Shown here: positions 9,556-20,180 of the stretch, in pieces
Position numbering within the stretch: the stretch's first letter is position 1
Layout of the letters: the number at the start of each line of letters is the position of its first letter
IMG/VR virus record: IMGVR_UViG_3300042934_000547
Coordinates: 167,976-231,975 of that record
DNA: 64,000 nt
Strand: one strand, 5' to 3'
Position numbers and translations under genes: made by a program
Notes under the pieces: model-generated
What the model saw: the letters and a program-made list of their open reading frames with translations, nothing else
What the model was told of the DNA's origin: nothing
The model's database searches: none

Positions 9556-9669
9556 TTAATTATTATTACGTTGAATTGGTATAATATTATGAGTAAATTT
9601 GAATAGTAATTGTTCAGACTCTTCCACCATCAATGCCTCTAGTATGAATTTCTTTTCATTAATTGTCAT
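9556..9669 (-). CDS. 37-aa hypothetical protein (not in ORF track)
   Basis: MTINEKKFILEALMVEESEQLLFKFTHNIIPIQRNNN*, directly after the ATP-cone gene, AAGGA RBS. Confidence 0.45.
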   Translation of the reverse strand: MTINEKKFILEALMVEESEQLLFKFTHNIIPIQRNNN

Positions 9670-9672
9670 AGT

Positions 9673-10521
9673 TTATTTTTCCTTTATTATGTATTCTAAA
9701 TTATTCAGTTTAAGTTTATTAGCATAACTAAATAATTCAGTGGCAAATATATCATCACATTGTTTATGCCAATTTATTTTTTCTTCATCTGTCATTTCCA
9801 ACAGCGTACAAAATTCATCATATCTATCTATATATAGATATACCTTAGATTTATTATCCCATACATCCAATGTTTTATCTAATCTCACTTTACGAACAAT
9901 AAATCGTGCCAGTGTTTTTAATACATTGATATATAATTCTTTATTGAAACGTCCTGATTCTTCAAATAACTGAAATACATTTACAGTAAATTTATTGTAT
10001 CTAATTCTATCAAGACTAATATATCCACTGTATATATATTTAAATAAATCGTATCGCTCATTTATCTGTATTGGATAACTAAAATTATTCATATTAATAT
10101 TGTGAGTACATTTCGATACCCAATCATTAAATTTCTTTGAATTAATATTAGTATGTAATATCTCAGTTACCGTATAACTAGGTTGTATATTGATGAAATT
10201 ACTTAATGGTATTTCATCTACACAATTCACAGGAACATAGGAATTTGCTCGGTTATTATTATAACAGACGTAATACTTAAGAGCCATAGGTTCATATTTA
10301 ATGAGTAATCGTTCAATAGCCTCCTGTATCTCACAGCTTTGAACTATATCCCTAGAACCAAATTCTTTTTTGATTTTTCCAGAGATAGTATAAACTAATG
10401 AAACGTCCTCTAGATATTTTTTAGGATTGCAAGCCACCAAAACTGAATTTAAAATAATATTGAGTTTTTCTTTATTAAATGGTTCTACCGCCCCGTTCCG
10501 TTTAATAATTAAAGTAATCAT
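9673..10521 (-). CDS. ATP-cone domain protein with degenerate RNR-like C-terminus
   Basis: IIKRNGAVEPFNKEKL...EIQEAIERLL ATP-cone signature. Confidence 0.75.
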   Translation of the reverse strand: MITLIIKRNGAVEPFNKEKLNIILNSVLVACNPKKYLEDVSLVYTISGKIKKEFGSRDIVQSCEIQEAIERLLIKYEPMALKYYVCYNNNRANSYVPVNCVDEIPLSNFINIQPSYTVTEILHTNINSKKFNDWVSKCTHNINMNNFSYPIQINERYDLFKYIYSGYISLDRIRYNKFTVNVFQLFEESGRFNKELYINVLKTLARFIVRKVRLDKTLDVWDNKSKVYLYIDRYDEFCTLLEMTDEEKINWHKQCDDIFATELFSYANKLKLNNLEYIIKEK

Positions 10522-10676
10522 ATTGTAAGTCTCCCTTCTAATGCCTATTAATTAAATTATCTTTATGTTTGTTTTTTCGTTAAATATTCTACAGTTACAT
10601 AAATCAATATCTCCGTGAAATTTATTATTTTATACCATTGCAACATTATAATAGTTGTGGAAGACTAAAGGAGAAT

Positions 10677-11489
10677 ATGATGATGGAAAATAAAATAGAT
10701 GTACAAGGATATAAGTATTATTCAATAGAAGATAATATTATTAGAATCTCTAAAGATAAAAATGTTATTAATGATAAGTGGACTAAACTGAAAATGGATG
10801 CATTAATGGCTTTTCATATAATATCGAATGATGATGGAGCCAAATATATTATGGTTGCTATGTACAATAATGGTGACTATAAAAATCCTGTTCTGATATT
10901 TGTTTCAAATTTTATAAATGAATGGGACGCAAATATTGGTAATAGAATACTAGGGAAAACATTCAACAGGTATACTGGAATTGATGAAAATTTATTTAAG
11001 GTTATAAAAATAGAATATTCCGAATATGTTGCTATATATAAGGAAGATTCATTTAAAAATATTTATGACCAACTTATTAATAAAGATAAGTTTAATGAAG
11101 TCCTTAAAGCATTTAATTCTGCTTTTATAGAAATGGGTAATCTTAATATATCTCTACCTGATAATCTTTATGATTATATGAAACACGGTGCATTTGATTA
11201 TGACTACGATAATGAATTAGGCATTGAGCAACTTGAATTTGACCTTGAAATAGATAATGAGAGACTAATCAACCAATTAGACTTAGAAACATTTCTCGGT
11301 CATAAATTAATTCAACCTGTTATAGTCAAATATAATCGAATTATAGTTTTAGAAGATATCAAAAAAGACTATGGATTATTCCGTGACGCCACTGATACAT
11401 TATATCTAGTTACGTTTATTCGTGGAGATATAATAGATGATGAAAACCTAGATTTAATCGAGTGGAATAAGAGCTTTGGAGTGAGGTAA
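10677..11489 (+). CDS. Hypothetical protein
   Basis: AAGGAG RBS before MMMENK; AACA-N6-TA at 10642-10653. Confidence 0.6.
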   Translation: MMMENKIDVQGYKYYSIEDNIIRISKDKNVINDKWTKLKMDALMAFHIISNDDGAKYIMVAMYNNGDYKNPVLIFVSNFINEWDANIGNRILGKTFNRYTGIDENLFKVIKIEYSEYVAIYKEDSFKNIYDQLINKDKFNEVLKAFNSAFIEMGNLNISLPDNLYDYMKHGAFDYDYDNELGIEQLEFDLEIDNERLINQLDLETFLGHKLIQPVIVKYNRIIVLEDIKKDYGLFRDATDTLYLVTFIRGDIIDDENLDLIEWNKSFGVR

Positions 11490-11560
11490 TAAAATATATT
11501 ATAAATATATATTATAACAATGAATTAAACAAATTTAAAATTTTAGGAGGAACAACAAAG

Positions 11561-12280
11561 ATGGATATGGATAATACATTCATGAACCCAAACCAAGTGA
11601 ATCAAAAGGAAATAAAGGATTACGAAGCAGAATTCGATACTCCAATTACATTAAGTGAGCCGATGAGATTTTATATCGAGACCACTACACGTTTAGGTAT
11701 GGAGATATTAAAGAAGTATACTCCAATTTTCGGCGACTTAATCGGTACGTTTATTACGGTTAATACCAAAGGCGATCTTGAAGTATCATTACAGTTTGAG
11801 AAAAAAGGTGCTGGCAATGTTGTAGACTTATTCAACAACAGTGACTTCAACCAAAGAATTACAGCGTTCAATACGCTTAACACAACAAACAGAATCTTCG
11901 ATTTAGATGATACTGTTAAAGGAACTTTCCAAAGATTCTTAATCAAAGCTAATCCAATGCAGAAAATTGATTGGAATCAATATATCAGACAAATAACAAT
12001 CAACAACAACACTATGAGTGGAAAGCACACAATTCTTGAATTGGCTCACATTTCACTTGATAGATTGCTGCCTGAATTAATATTTGTTGGAGAAGATGCT
12101 AAGAAAAAACGCACTACTCAGATTAAGACTATTATAACTGGTTCTGTAAATCCAGCTTCACCATTATCAAAAAATTGGTTCGTGAAGATAGATATGCTGG
12201 ATCAAGCTACTGTTGATTTCGTATCTAAAGAAGCAGGAATTGTTACAAGCACTTACGGCTTGGATATGATAACACTCTAA
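11561..12280 (+). CDS. Hypothetical protein, probably abundant and early
   Basis: AGGAGG RBS, tandem TATATTATA motifs at 11494-11516, own terminator 12289-12311. Confidence 0.65.
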   Translation: MDMDNTFMNPNQVNQKEIKDYEAEFDTPITLSEPMRFYIETTTRLGMEILKKYTPIFGDLIGTFITVNTKGDLEVSLQFEKKGAGNVVDLFNNSDFNQRITAFNTLNTTNRIFDLDDTVKGTFQRFLIKANPMQKIDWNQYIRQITINNNTMSGKHTILELAHISLDRLLPELIFVGEDAKKKRTTQIKTIITGSVNPASPLSKNWFVKIDMLDQATVDFVSKEAGIVTSTYGLDMITL

Positions 12281-12338
12281 TATAGCAGAGGGTATACATT
12301 ATGTATACCCTTTAATTTTTCTCTATGGAGGTACACTA

Positions 12339-12668
12339 ATGGCTTTCGAAGACAAACTCGAATATGACATAGAACAAGAATTAGGTGTATTTGATGAAAA
12401 AGGAAATACATCACTTGAATTAAGAGTTGTAAGCTGGAATAAGAAGCCTGCTAAACTTGAATTAAGAAAATGGGTAACCAACAGCGATGGTCAAAATCCA
12501 AATAAAGGATTCTCATTCTTAACTGATGAAGGTCCGCATCGTCTTGCTGAACTTTTAGTTGAAAATAATTTTGGAGATACAAAAACTCTAAAAGCTCTTT
12601 TAATTGATAGGGATGATTACGATGAATCTGAATCAGATTATGACTATTTGGATGAAGAAGAAGAATAA
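12339..12668 (+). CDS. PC4/YdbC-family ssDNA-binding protein
   Basis: IEQELGVF..LELRVVSWNKKPAKLELRKW..KGFSF pattern plus acidic tail. Confidence 0.75.
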   Translation: MAFEDKLEYDIEQELGVFDEKGNTSLELRVVSWNKKPAKLELRKWVTNSDGQNPNKGFSFLTDEGPHRLAELLVENNFGDTKTLKALLIDRDDYDESESDYDYLDEEEE

Positions 12669-12766
12669 CAATTAATGGTGGAACCTGTAATCGGGTTCCA
12701 TCATTTTTTTTTGTATTATGACAATATTCGCATCAAGATAAGAATGTAAAAATTAACTTTTTTGAA

Positions 12767-12787
12767 TATATATTATAGATATGAATA
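12767..12787 (+). promoter_or_regulatory. Early-type promoter motif TATATATTATA(GATATGAATA), representative copy
   Basis: Also at 769-779(-), 3304-3312(-), 4112-4122(-), 6988-6998(-), 9239-9249(-), 11506-11516(+), 28967-28977(+), 53320-53330(-), 63647-63657(+), each upstream of a co-oriented gene. Confidence 0.75.
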
Positions 12788-12880
12788 GTAAATAATAAAT
12801 AGTAGTATATTCTTAGTTGAATATATAAACTCACATAACTATTCTTCTTTCATAAGAAGTGAGTAATAGAGGAGAATGAA

Positions 12881-13015
12881 ATGAAAGTAGCAATATTTAT
12901 TTTAGGAGTAATGATTTTAACAGCAATAATACCAGCACCATATAATGTAGTTGCAGCTGTTGCATTTGGATTTATATTATCTGGTATAGATTTAAAGAAG
13001 AAAAATGATAATTAA
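12881..13015 (+). CDS. 44-aa membrane protein (not in ORF track)
   Basis: GAGGAG RBS; MKVAIFILGVMILTAIIPAPYNVVAAVAFGFILSGIDLKKKNDN. Confidence 0.6.
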   Translation: MKVAIFILGVMILTAIIPAPYNVVAAVAFGFILSGIDLKKKNDN

Positions 13016-13093
13016 ATATGAATAATAGAACGATAAAATAATATAGCGGGAAATAAGAATGCTATATTATTTTTTATCTAAAAGGAGATAAAG

Positions 13094-13279
13094 ATGAATA
13101 CAAAGAAGAGTAATACAATATTTTTATTAACAGTTGTATTGAGTTTGTGTTATAGTATGCTTATATTTGGGGCAATACAACTTGCTAAAATATACGGTAA
13201 ATTACCATTATTTATAGTAGGAATGGTTATGTATTTAATTGGAAAATTTATATATTTTAAAAGGATGAAAAATGACTGA
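13094..13279 (+). CDS. Small two-TM membrane protein
   Basis: AAGGAG RBS, two hydrophobic segments. Confidence 0.6.
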   Translation: MNTKKSNTIFLLTVVLSLCYSMLIFGAIQLAKIYGKLPLFIVGMVMYLIGKFIYFKRMKND

Positions 13280-13418
13280 AATAATTTCATTGGCAATAAT
13301 AATTATCTTTATCTTAAAATGCATAACGACCGATCCACATGCTGTAATATACAGAGTTATTGGATTGGTATTCATTGTATGTTTTTTGTTATTAACTAGT
13401 ATATTTGGAGGTTATTAA
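13272..13418 (+). CDS. 48-aa two-TM membrane protein (not in ORF track)
   Basis: MTEIISLAIIIIFILKCITTDPHAVIYRVIGLVFIVCFLLLTSIFGGY*, overlaps the upstream stop and abuts the next start. Confidence 0.55.
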   Translation: MTEIISLAIIIIFILKCITTDPHAVIYRVIGLVFIVCFLLLTSIFGGY

Positions 13419-14468
13419 ATGAATAATTATCAAGTAGAAGTAAGCCAATTATTGGGAAAATTCTATGTTGCGTATAGCAAATTAGAAACTATTGTAAATG
13501 CTTTATTTGCTGCATCCACAGAAAATATTTCCCATATTAATATCTATCTAGATATTAATTCTATGACTAAGGTGCTATATGGAAATATTGACTTTAGAAT
13601 GGATGAAAGACTTCTTATATCTGCAAGTATCGTAAACTTATGTGCTCATTATAGGTCTTTCTTTAGACGCTACTATAATACAGAGACTACATTTTATATT
13701 ATAGATTCTCATAATTTACCCTTAATTAATCGACGTATAATAAAGGATTACAATATCTCTTATGCAAAGAATATTGATACTAAAAGAGATTTATTGAATA
13801 AAGTTAAGGTGAATATAGAATGTACAAAGATGCTATGCGAATATTTACCAGAAATATATGTTATCCCTACGACGTTTGAAACTGGTGTTATAGTACGTGA
13901 ATTGATGGGGAGAGAACAGAATAAACCTACGGCACACATGGTTATTACTAAGGACCCATATAATTATCAATTGATAACTGATGTAAAGAATTCATTTATA
14001 TTGAGACCAGTTGATAAGGAGAAAACTTATTTTGTTGAATCTTCAAATTTGTTTAAAGTAATTGAAATTGAACGAGGATTAAAAAGGGGACTCGAACCTC
14101 TTATTTCCTCACAACTATACTCTATATTATTATCACTTATTGGTATCAAAGAACGCAACATTAAAAGTATCTTCAGTATACACACGGCAATGAAGATGAT
14201 CCAAGAGGGTATAGAGAGTAATTGTTTGGTTAATGGATATAATCATAATCCAAATTTATTCTTTAGTAGAATAAATGGGGTAAATCCAGAGGAACTAAAA
14301 AATAGATTTGAAGTGATAGATTTAATTTATCAACATAAAATATTTGTGACTCATCCAGAATTTCAATTATTAGACACCTTTATAATAGACAAACATAATC
14401 CACAGGAAGTGAGGGAAATATGTAGTAAATATTATCTTTTAGATCCTATAGATTTAGAGAGACTGTAA
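13419..14468 (+). CDS. FEN/PIN-fold 5'-3' exonuclease-like protein (divergent)
   Basis: IYLDINS, FYIIDS, VITKDPYNYQL resemble PIN/FEN strands; several catalytic acids appear lost. Confidence 0.45.
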   Translation: MNNYQVEVSQLLGKFYVAYSKLETIVNALFAASTENISHINIYLDINSMTKVLYGNIDFRMDERLLISASIVNLCAHYRSFFRRYYNTETTFYIIDSHNLPLINRRIIKDYNISYAKNIDTKRDLLNKVKVNIECTKMLCEYLPEIYVIPTTFETGVIVRELMGREQNKPTAHMVITKDPYNYQLITDVKNSFILRPVDKEKTYFVESSNLFKVIEIERGLKRGLEPLISSQLYSILLSLIGIKERNIKSIFSIHTAMKMIQEGIESNCLVNGYNHNPNLFFSRINGVNPEELKNRFEVIDLIYQHKIFVTHPEFQLLDTFIIDKHNPQEVREICSKYYLLDPIDLERL

Positions 14469-14480
14469 AGGAGTTAGAAT

Positions 14481-15641
14481 ATGAGATATAGATATAAAGT
14501 AGGATTATCATGGACAGATCCAGTTGGAGTTGTAACAGAGTTTGATCCAGCTCTTGTGAAAAGTTTTATGATATATTCGGATTATGAGGGTAGTTTTTTA
14601 CCAATGATTGTTCTTAATATGAAGATTCGGGTTGATATATATGATAAAATAATACTTAATAAGGATAAAGGATTCTTTCTATTCACACTGAAGAAATACA
14701 AAGATTCTGATCCAAATTATGTAATGGAGGAGTCATATGTCGGTGTACAGTGTTCCTATTATACACTGGATGATATTAATTATCGTGAAAAGATAGTCGA
14801 AAACGCATCTGATAAAGAGGATTACCATAGGGTTGTAAATATCGGTTTAATCAGGGAGGATTTATTAACACAAAATAGATGCTCTGCTAATACTGTAATA
14901 AATACAAGTCTCATGGGAATAATATCATCACAAACTAAAGTTAAACGATTATTAACTGAATATATTGGAAAGAGTTATTCCGGTATTATTCCTCCTATTA
15001 GTAAGGTTTCAGAATTATTAAATTTCTTGGAGGATCAAATAGGACCATTCTATCCAACACCATATAGGTTTTTTATTGATAATGATAGAACGTATTTAAT
15101 ATCATCTAGTGGGCAACCTATATATGCTAAGGGAGACAAACAGTTCGCAGTCTCTATAGAAATATTAGATCCTACAGATGATAGAGTGCGTAATGATGGT
15201 GCAACCATGGACATATCAGGAAATATTTGTAACGTTCTTGTTAGTGCCGAAAGAACTAGATTTCAAATTGATAGTATTGAAGGTTCAAAAACTAATAAAT
15301 ACACCCATATAGGTTATGATACGAGTGTTGGTAACGTCGATGTCAATTTAATGACAAGAAAAGAATTAATTGGGCTTAACAAGTTTAGTTATAGTCCAGC
15401 TAAATTCCTGAATCACGATAAATTTACAGCTGAATTAAATAATAAGTCCCTAACAATCATGTTGGATGAATGTGACAATTCTATATTCACAATTAATCGT
15501 AAATTCATTATTAAAAATATTGAAAAATATAAACAGTATGACGGTGAATATTTATTGGTTAAGAAGATAGAAGGATTTATACAAGAAGGGGAAGTTTACA
15601 AAAGTATTGCGACAGTAGTTTTTAAAAAAATACCGAGGTAG
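14481..15641 (+). CDS. Putative tail/baseplate hub-like structural protein
   Basis: Beta-rich; SFMIYSDYEGSFLPMIVL N-terminus and YDGEYLLVKK C-terminus reminiscent of gp27-like hubs. Confidence 0.35.
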   Translation: MRYRYKVGLSWTDPVGVVTEFDPALVKSFMIYSDYEGSFLPMIVLNMKIRVDIYDKIILNKDKGFFLFTLKKYKDSDPNYVMEESYVGVQCSYYTLDDINYREKIVENASDKEDYHRVVNIGLIREDLLTQNRCSANTVINTSLMGIISSQTKVKRLLTEYIGKSYSGIIPPISKVSELLNFLEDQIGPFYPTPYRFFIDNDRTYLISSSGQPIYAKGDKQFAVSIEILDPTDDRVRNDGATMDISGNICNVLVSAERTRFQIDSIEGSKTNKYTHIGYDTSVGNVDVNLMTRKELIGLNKFSYSPAKFLNHDKFTAELNNKSLTIMLDECDNSIFTINRKFIIKNIEKYKQYDGEYLLVKKIEGFIQEGEVYKSIATVVFKKIPR

Positions 15642-15658
15642 GAAGAAATTCCTACCTC
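15635..15658. terminator. Bidirectional terminator
   Basis: gaggtaggaa-gaaa-ttcctacctc between convergent genes. Confidence 0.75.
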
Positions 15659-15672
15659 TAGTTTATTTTTTT

Positions 15673-17898
15673 TTATCGTTTCATTAGTTTTTGGAGGAAT
15701 GATTTATCCTTCTCTTGTGTAGGTTCTGGAACATTAATGTTTCCATTCTTAGCATAATATTTGGTAATAGCCTTTAGTTGATCATCTGAATACACATCTT
15801 TACTATTGATAGCTTTTCCGTTAGCGTAATGTGTGATTCGTGTTTTTACAATCTTCTTCCCATTTTCCTCAACAGTAACTTCTTGTTGAGTGATGCCATC
15901 TTTAGGCATATCAGGTTCTTGTCTCTTGCCGCCATTATTTCCAACCCCATCTTTATCAATTTTATCATTACCTATATAAGAACGAACGTGTTTTTCAAGT
16001 ATAGCTAAATACGTCTTCACACCTTCATCTAATGCTGTCATCTTAGCAGTCAATACAGCTGAACAAATTTCTTGATAACGAGTTACTAATTTAACGTCTT
16101 CAGAACTATCAACGACTTCTATTACCTTTTCTTTAGTATTGATAGATTTTATCTGGTCTACAGTATTTTTATTATCCTTAGTGTCAATTGGAACTTCTTT
16201 AGGTTGTTCATTACCCTTAGGTTCATCATTTGGTTTGTCCTGAGGATCTGCTTCTAATAATACCCTAGCTATAGATAACTCTGAATAAGATTCTTTGAAT
16301 GATTTTCTCTTAGGAGATAATTTAGTGATGATATTATCAATCATTTGTGATTCTCTCACATTTTTAGCTTTTGGTTTTAATTTATTTATAGCAGCTACAG
16401 AATTATTTATGAGTATAACGTTTACAGCTATACCAACATCTGTTACAGCTAATAATAACCCAGCTAGCAATCCGAGTATAGTTATACCTCCAATAAATGA
16501 TAAAGTAAGAGTAACTCCTAGTATAACTGTAGGGGCTCCTACTAAAACAGCTTGAGCTACTTTTCCGATAAGTTCAGCTATTTCTCCAGCAGTCTTTTCA
16601 TCTTTAACTCGTTTACTATACTGATGCTCTATAGTTCTAAGAAGTTTAGCCTCTTCTTTTGATAATTTATCAAAGTTGTTGGTAACTTCTTTCTTAGATT
16701 CACTCAGAATGTTGTTCAGAATGTAACTAGTATCAGTATCCCCGTATACCATCCTGTTATAGTCATCAGTAAGTCTATTGATTAAGTTTGAAACTATATC
16801 ATTACCAATCATGTGTCTAAATACATTTTTATGTGAAATGGATATCATGTTCTTGACATAATTATCGTTAGGATATTTACCCACTTGTTGGATTATGAAA
16901 TTTAGTATACAATAAACTGTGTTGAATGATACCATATAGAATGTTTCACGCTCGAATTCAAATGATGGAATATTATCTATAATACATGCAGCCACAATTC
17001 TTTCGTATAGATTACCAAGTTGATTAACGGCTGATTCATGATCCTGCATTAAATCAGTAACTACCATTTTAAATCTGTCAACAATATTCGCTTCAACCGT
17101 ATCTAAATAATCATAACCAAATTTTTCGTTATTGATATAGATAGTATTTTCGAACAATACGGAACCAACTTCTGTTACAGATTCACCCTGAGCTTTCTTC
17201 TCTAATTTTTCCTTATCCTTTTCATAACCAGCATTACTAGCGATTTCAGCAATCTTCTTAAGAGCTGTTTCTAATCTATCTTTCTCTTTCTTGATAGATT
17301 CTACCTGAGTGATAGCTTTCTTACAATATTGATAATATTCCCACATCGATTTATCTTTAAAATCGATACGTTCTACATCCATATTTTTTCCACCTTTGAA
17401 TAACAATGATGCCATTTGTGAATAATGACGATTTTTATCCATTAAGGCACTCCACTTAGCGTGGGTTAAGAAACTACTATCATCTTTTAATGCACCATTA
17501 TTTTTCATTTGCTCAAAATCAAATACTGGTATATCAGGGAAAGTTTCCATTTCCTTAAATCCATCTGGATAATAAGGGTACATGTCATATACTAAATCTA
17601 TTTTAACCGGTTTACGGATGGCATCTTCGTGTTTAGCTAACCAATCGATTTTCTTCATAAATACAGACTGCATTCTATCAAGGAATTTAGCCCATAACTC
17701 CTTAAGTTTATCAATTAGTTTTTTCCACTTATCTTTAACCCCGTCCGCAAAATTAGCTTCTTGGAGAATAGCTAACTCTTGTAAATTATATTTTCCAAGT
17801 AAAGCATTAGTCTCATTAACAGCCATCTTTAATAGAGCTTCTTGTTCTTCGTGTTTTACTATAACTGAATATTCCATATATTCATTTAAATAATTCAT
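15673..17898 (-). CDS. Internal head protein family member with large TM-containing insertion
   Basis: LQEA followed by the amphipathic helix shared with 19008..20150 and 20181..21257; hydrophobic hairpin at ~aa 450-498. Confidence 0.55.
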   Translation of the reverse strand: MNYLNEYMEYSVIVKHEEQEALLKMAVNETNALLGKYNLQELAILQEANFADGVKDKWKKLIDKLKELWAKFLDRMQSVFMKKIDWLAKHEDAIRKPVKIDLVYDMYPYYPDGFKEMETFPDIPVFDFEQMKNNGALKDDSSFLTHAKWSALMDKNRHYSQMASLLFKGGKNMDVERIDFKDKSMWEYYQYCKKAITQVESIKKEKDRLETALKKIAEIASNAGYEKDKEKLEKKAQGESVTEVGSVLFENTIYINNEKFGYDYLDTVEANIVDRFKMVVTDLMQDHESAVNQLGNLYERIVAACIIDNIPSFEFERETFYMVSFNTVYCILNFIIQQVGKYPNDNYVKNMISISHKNVFRHMIGNDIVSNLINRLTDDYNRMVYGDTDTSYILNNILSESKKEVTNNFDKLSKEEAKLLRTIEHQYSKRVKDEKTAGEIAELIGKVAQAVLVGAPTVILGVTLTLSFIGGITILGLLAGLLLAVTDVGIAVNVILINNSVAAINKLKPKAKNVRESQMIDNIITKLSPKRKSFKESYSELSIARVLLEADPQDKPNDEPKGNEQPKEVPIDTKDNKNTVDQIKSINTKEKVIEVVDSSEDVKLVTRYQEICSAVLTAKMTALDEGVKTYLAILEKHVRSYIGNDKIDKDGVGNNGGKRQEPDMPKDGITQQEVTVEENGKKIVKTRITHYANGKAINSKDVYSDDQLKAITKYYAKNGNINVPEPTQEKDKSFLQKLMKR

Positions 17899-17901
17899 TA
17901 A

Positions 17902-18933
17902 CTATTCACCTCCTTTATTGGTTTGAATCATTGTATAATATGCTTCATTACATATGGATACTAAATGAAGATGTTCTTCGATTAATGCTGATATACGATA
18001 AGCTAAAGCAGTAGTATATACCTGAGCAATAAACTCAAGTTCATTATATTTGACATCAAGTAATGTCTTTATAGCCTTTACATTATCTGTATATAGGGAT
18101 TCCCTATTGTAAACAGATATATCTAATCCTATTTCTGGAACTCGTATCCTACCAGTATTATTATCCATTTTATAACATTCTTCAATTGATTTTTGTATCA
18201 ATGTAATTTGCTTTGTTATTTCATTTTTAAGATTAACTAATTCGGTCATTGTTTCATTGATATTGGATAATCTGTCAAGTGAATATTCTAATTCACTCTT
18301 ATTAACCATTAATTCAACTTTATCCGAATTATTTCTAAATGATTTAAAAAGCATTGTTGTGTAATCTCTATTAGAAACACCAGAACCAATACCTAATATT
18401 TCGGCTCTTACTGCATTCTTATAATTTTCAGTTTTAACTGTATTTATATACTCTTCCAGAATTTTTTCAGCAGATATATTTGTAGATGTCAGAGTAGCAA
18501 ATTGTGTATTGAGTCTTTCATATATCTGTACCCTAGGCACATCATTTTCGAGTGTGTAGGAATACCCATTTACCTTAAATGCTAATAAATCATCAAAGTC
18601 ATGTAGTAAGTCAGCCTTACCATTTAGAATGCGTTTTACTTCTTCTTTTATGGCTGACAACTTATTTATACCAAGTTTAGTATATGCATCCATTTGAGCT
18701 TTATATTTATTAACAACATCTGCTGATTTCTTATGAAGAGAATTTATGTCTGTTGATGGATTAAATCCATTAAATGCTAATACTCGAGTCATCATTGCTT
18801 TTGCTGAATATGAATCTTCATTCATTGAATTGAGGAAGAGACAATGTTCCAATATAATATCAGTCTCTTTTTCTTTAACTGATTCGTATACAGGAGTAGT
18901 AGGATTTAAAGCTGAAGTCAATTTTAGCTTCAT
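17902..18933 (-). CDS. Internal head protein family member (divergent)
   Basis: FKVNGYSYTL core like FKFKGFKYTI of the neighbour; similar C-terminal helix. Confidence 0.5.
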   Translation of the reverse strand: MKLKLTSALNPTTPVYESVKEKETDIILEHCLFLNSMNEDSYSAKAMMTRVLAFNGFNPSTDINSLHKKSADVVNKYKAQMDAYTKLGINKLSAIKEEVKRILNGKADLLHDFDDLLAFKVNGYSYTLENDVPRVQIYERLNTQFATLTSTNISAEKILEEYINTVKTENYKNAVRAEILGIGSGVSNRDYTTMLFKSFRNNSDKVELMVNKSELEYSLDRLSNINETMTELVNLKNEITKQITLIQKSIEECYKMDNNTGRIRVPEIGLDISVYNRESLYTDNVKAIKTLLDVKYNELEFIAQVYTTALAYRISALIEEHLHLVSICNEAYYTMIQTNKGGE

Positions 18934-19007
18934 AACAATTCTCCTTTCAAAAATTTAAAATTTAGAAGCTACCCTTCAATGGGTAGCTTCATAAATATCT
19001 TTTATGA

Positions 19008-20150
19008 TTATATTAATTTAGGCATTGATAAAGTAGCCGTTACCTGAGGTTCAGCTTCTTCTTTGAATGCTTCTTTACCCTGAGTTAATACTTTAACACA
19101 GATTGCTTTTGCTTGTCTGTTTTCTGCTTTAAGAGCTGATAACATAGTAGCGTTAGCTGTTTGAGAAAGAGTTAACAGTTTCTTACCATAAGAGCAAGCT
19201 ATATGAGCAACTTTAACTTTTAATTGGTAAGTTTGACCGAAACGTTCTTCAGAACCAGCAGCAGAAGTATTTCTGTCTTTTTCAGCTGAAGCCAATGATG
19301 TTTGAAGTTTATCACACATTTTAGTGAATTCATCGCACATTTTCTTAATTGCCTTCATGTTGTTTTCAGCAGTTTTCTTCTGATCTTTGTAATTTGATAT
19401 GATAGATAATTGAGCTGCAACAGAAATATCGGAATCTTCAAGAGTCACTTTATTCTTTTCGCCGTCTCTTAATACTTCATACAAATTGTCTCTGAATTCT
19501 TTAGTAGTCATAGATGCTTCTGCTGAACCAGCAACGACTGTTTTGTATATTTTAGCTGTGAATTTCTCCATAGCTCCTTCACTGTCGTCACTATAACCAG
19601 CAACTGATTTCTTAGCTTTTTCAAGGTTAGCAGCGTCAACCTGAACTCCACTATCTGATAATGTAACACCAAGATCTGTTGATATTCCATCTTTAATAGC
19701 TGTCATAGCACTCAAATTCAAGTCAGCTTTGCTGATTGTGTATTTGAATCCTTTAAATTTAAAGCTGTCTTTAATAGTAGTCTTAGCTAATTCACCTGAA
19801 TACTTCTTAACAAATTCTTTGTCAGAAAGCATGAATGAATCCATCATAGAGATGAATTTCTTGAATAAAGCTACAGCCTTTCTATAAAGAGCAACTATCC
19901 AGTCTTTTACCTGATTGAAGAAATCACCAACGAATCCTTCAGTAAGTAAGTAATCCTGTCCATTAGCAGCTTCTTGGAGCTGTCTTTGTTCTATATATGT
20001 TTCAATAGCATTCCAATTAGCTTCATTTTCATAAAGAGCCTGCTCATTTATTTCCATGACACTCTCGCCAATTGCCGCTTCTATTGTATCGAATTCCGGT
20101 AAGATGCTCGCATCTTCTGATAGTACTTTTTTGCTATCTAAATTTATCAT
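19008..20150 (-). CDS. Abundant internal head protein family member
   Basis: Acidic propeptide, LTEGFVGDFFNQVKDWIVALYRK..FKKF..DKEFVKKY. Confidence 0.6.
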   Translation of the reverse strand: MINLDSKKVLSEDASILPEFDTIEAAIGESVMEINEQALYENEANWNAIETYIEQRQLQEAANGQDYLLTEGFVGDFFNQVKDWIVALYRKAVALFKKFISMMDSFMLSDKEFVKKYSGELAKTTIKDSFKFKGFKYTISKADLNLSAMTAIKDGISTDLGVTLSDSGVQVDAANLEKAKKSVAGYSDDSEGAMEKFTAKIYKTVVAGSAEASMTTKEFRDNLYEVLRDGEKNKVTLEDSDISVAAQLSIISNYKDQKKTAENNMKAIKKMCDEFTKMCDKLQTSLASAEKDRNTSAAGSEERFGQTYQLKVKVAHIACSYGKKLLTLSQTANATMLSALKAENRQAKAICVKVLTQGKEAFKEEAEPQVTATLSMPKLI

Positions 20151-20180
20151 AACGATCCTCCTAATATCATTTTGTGATTA

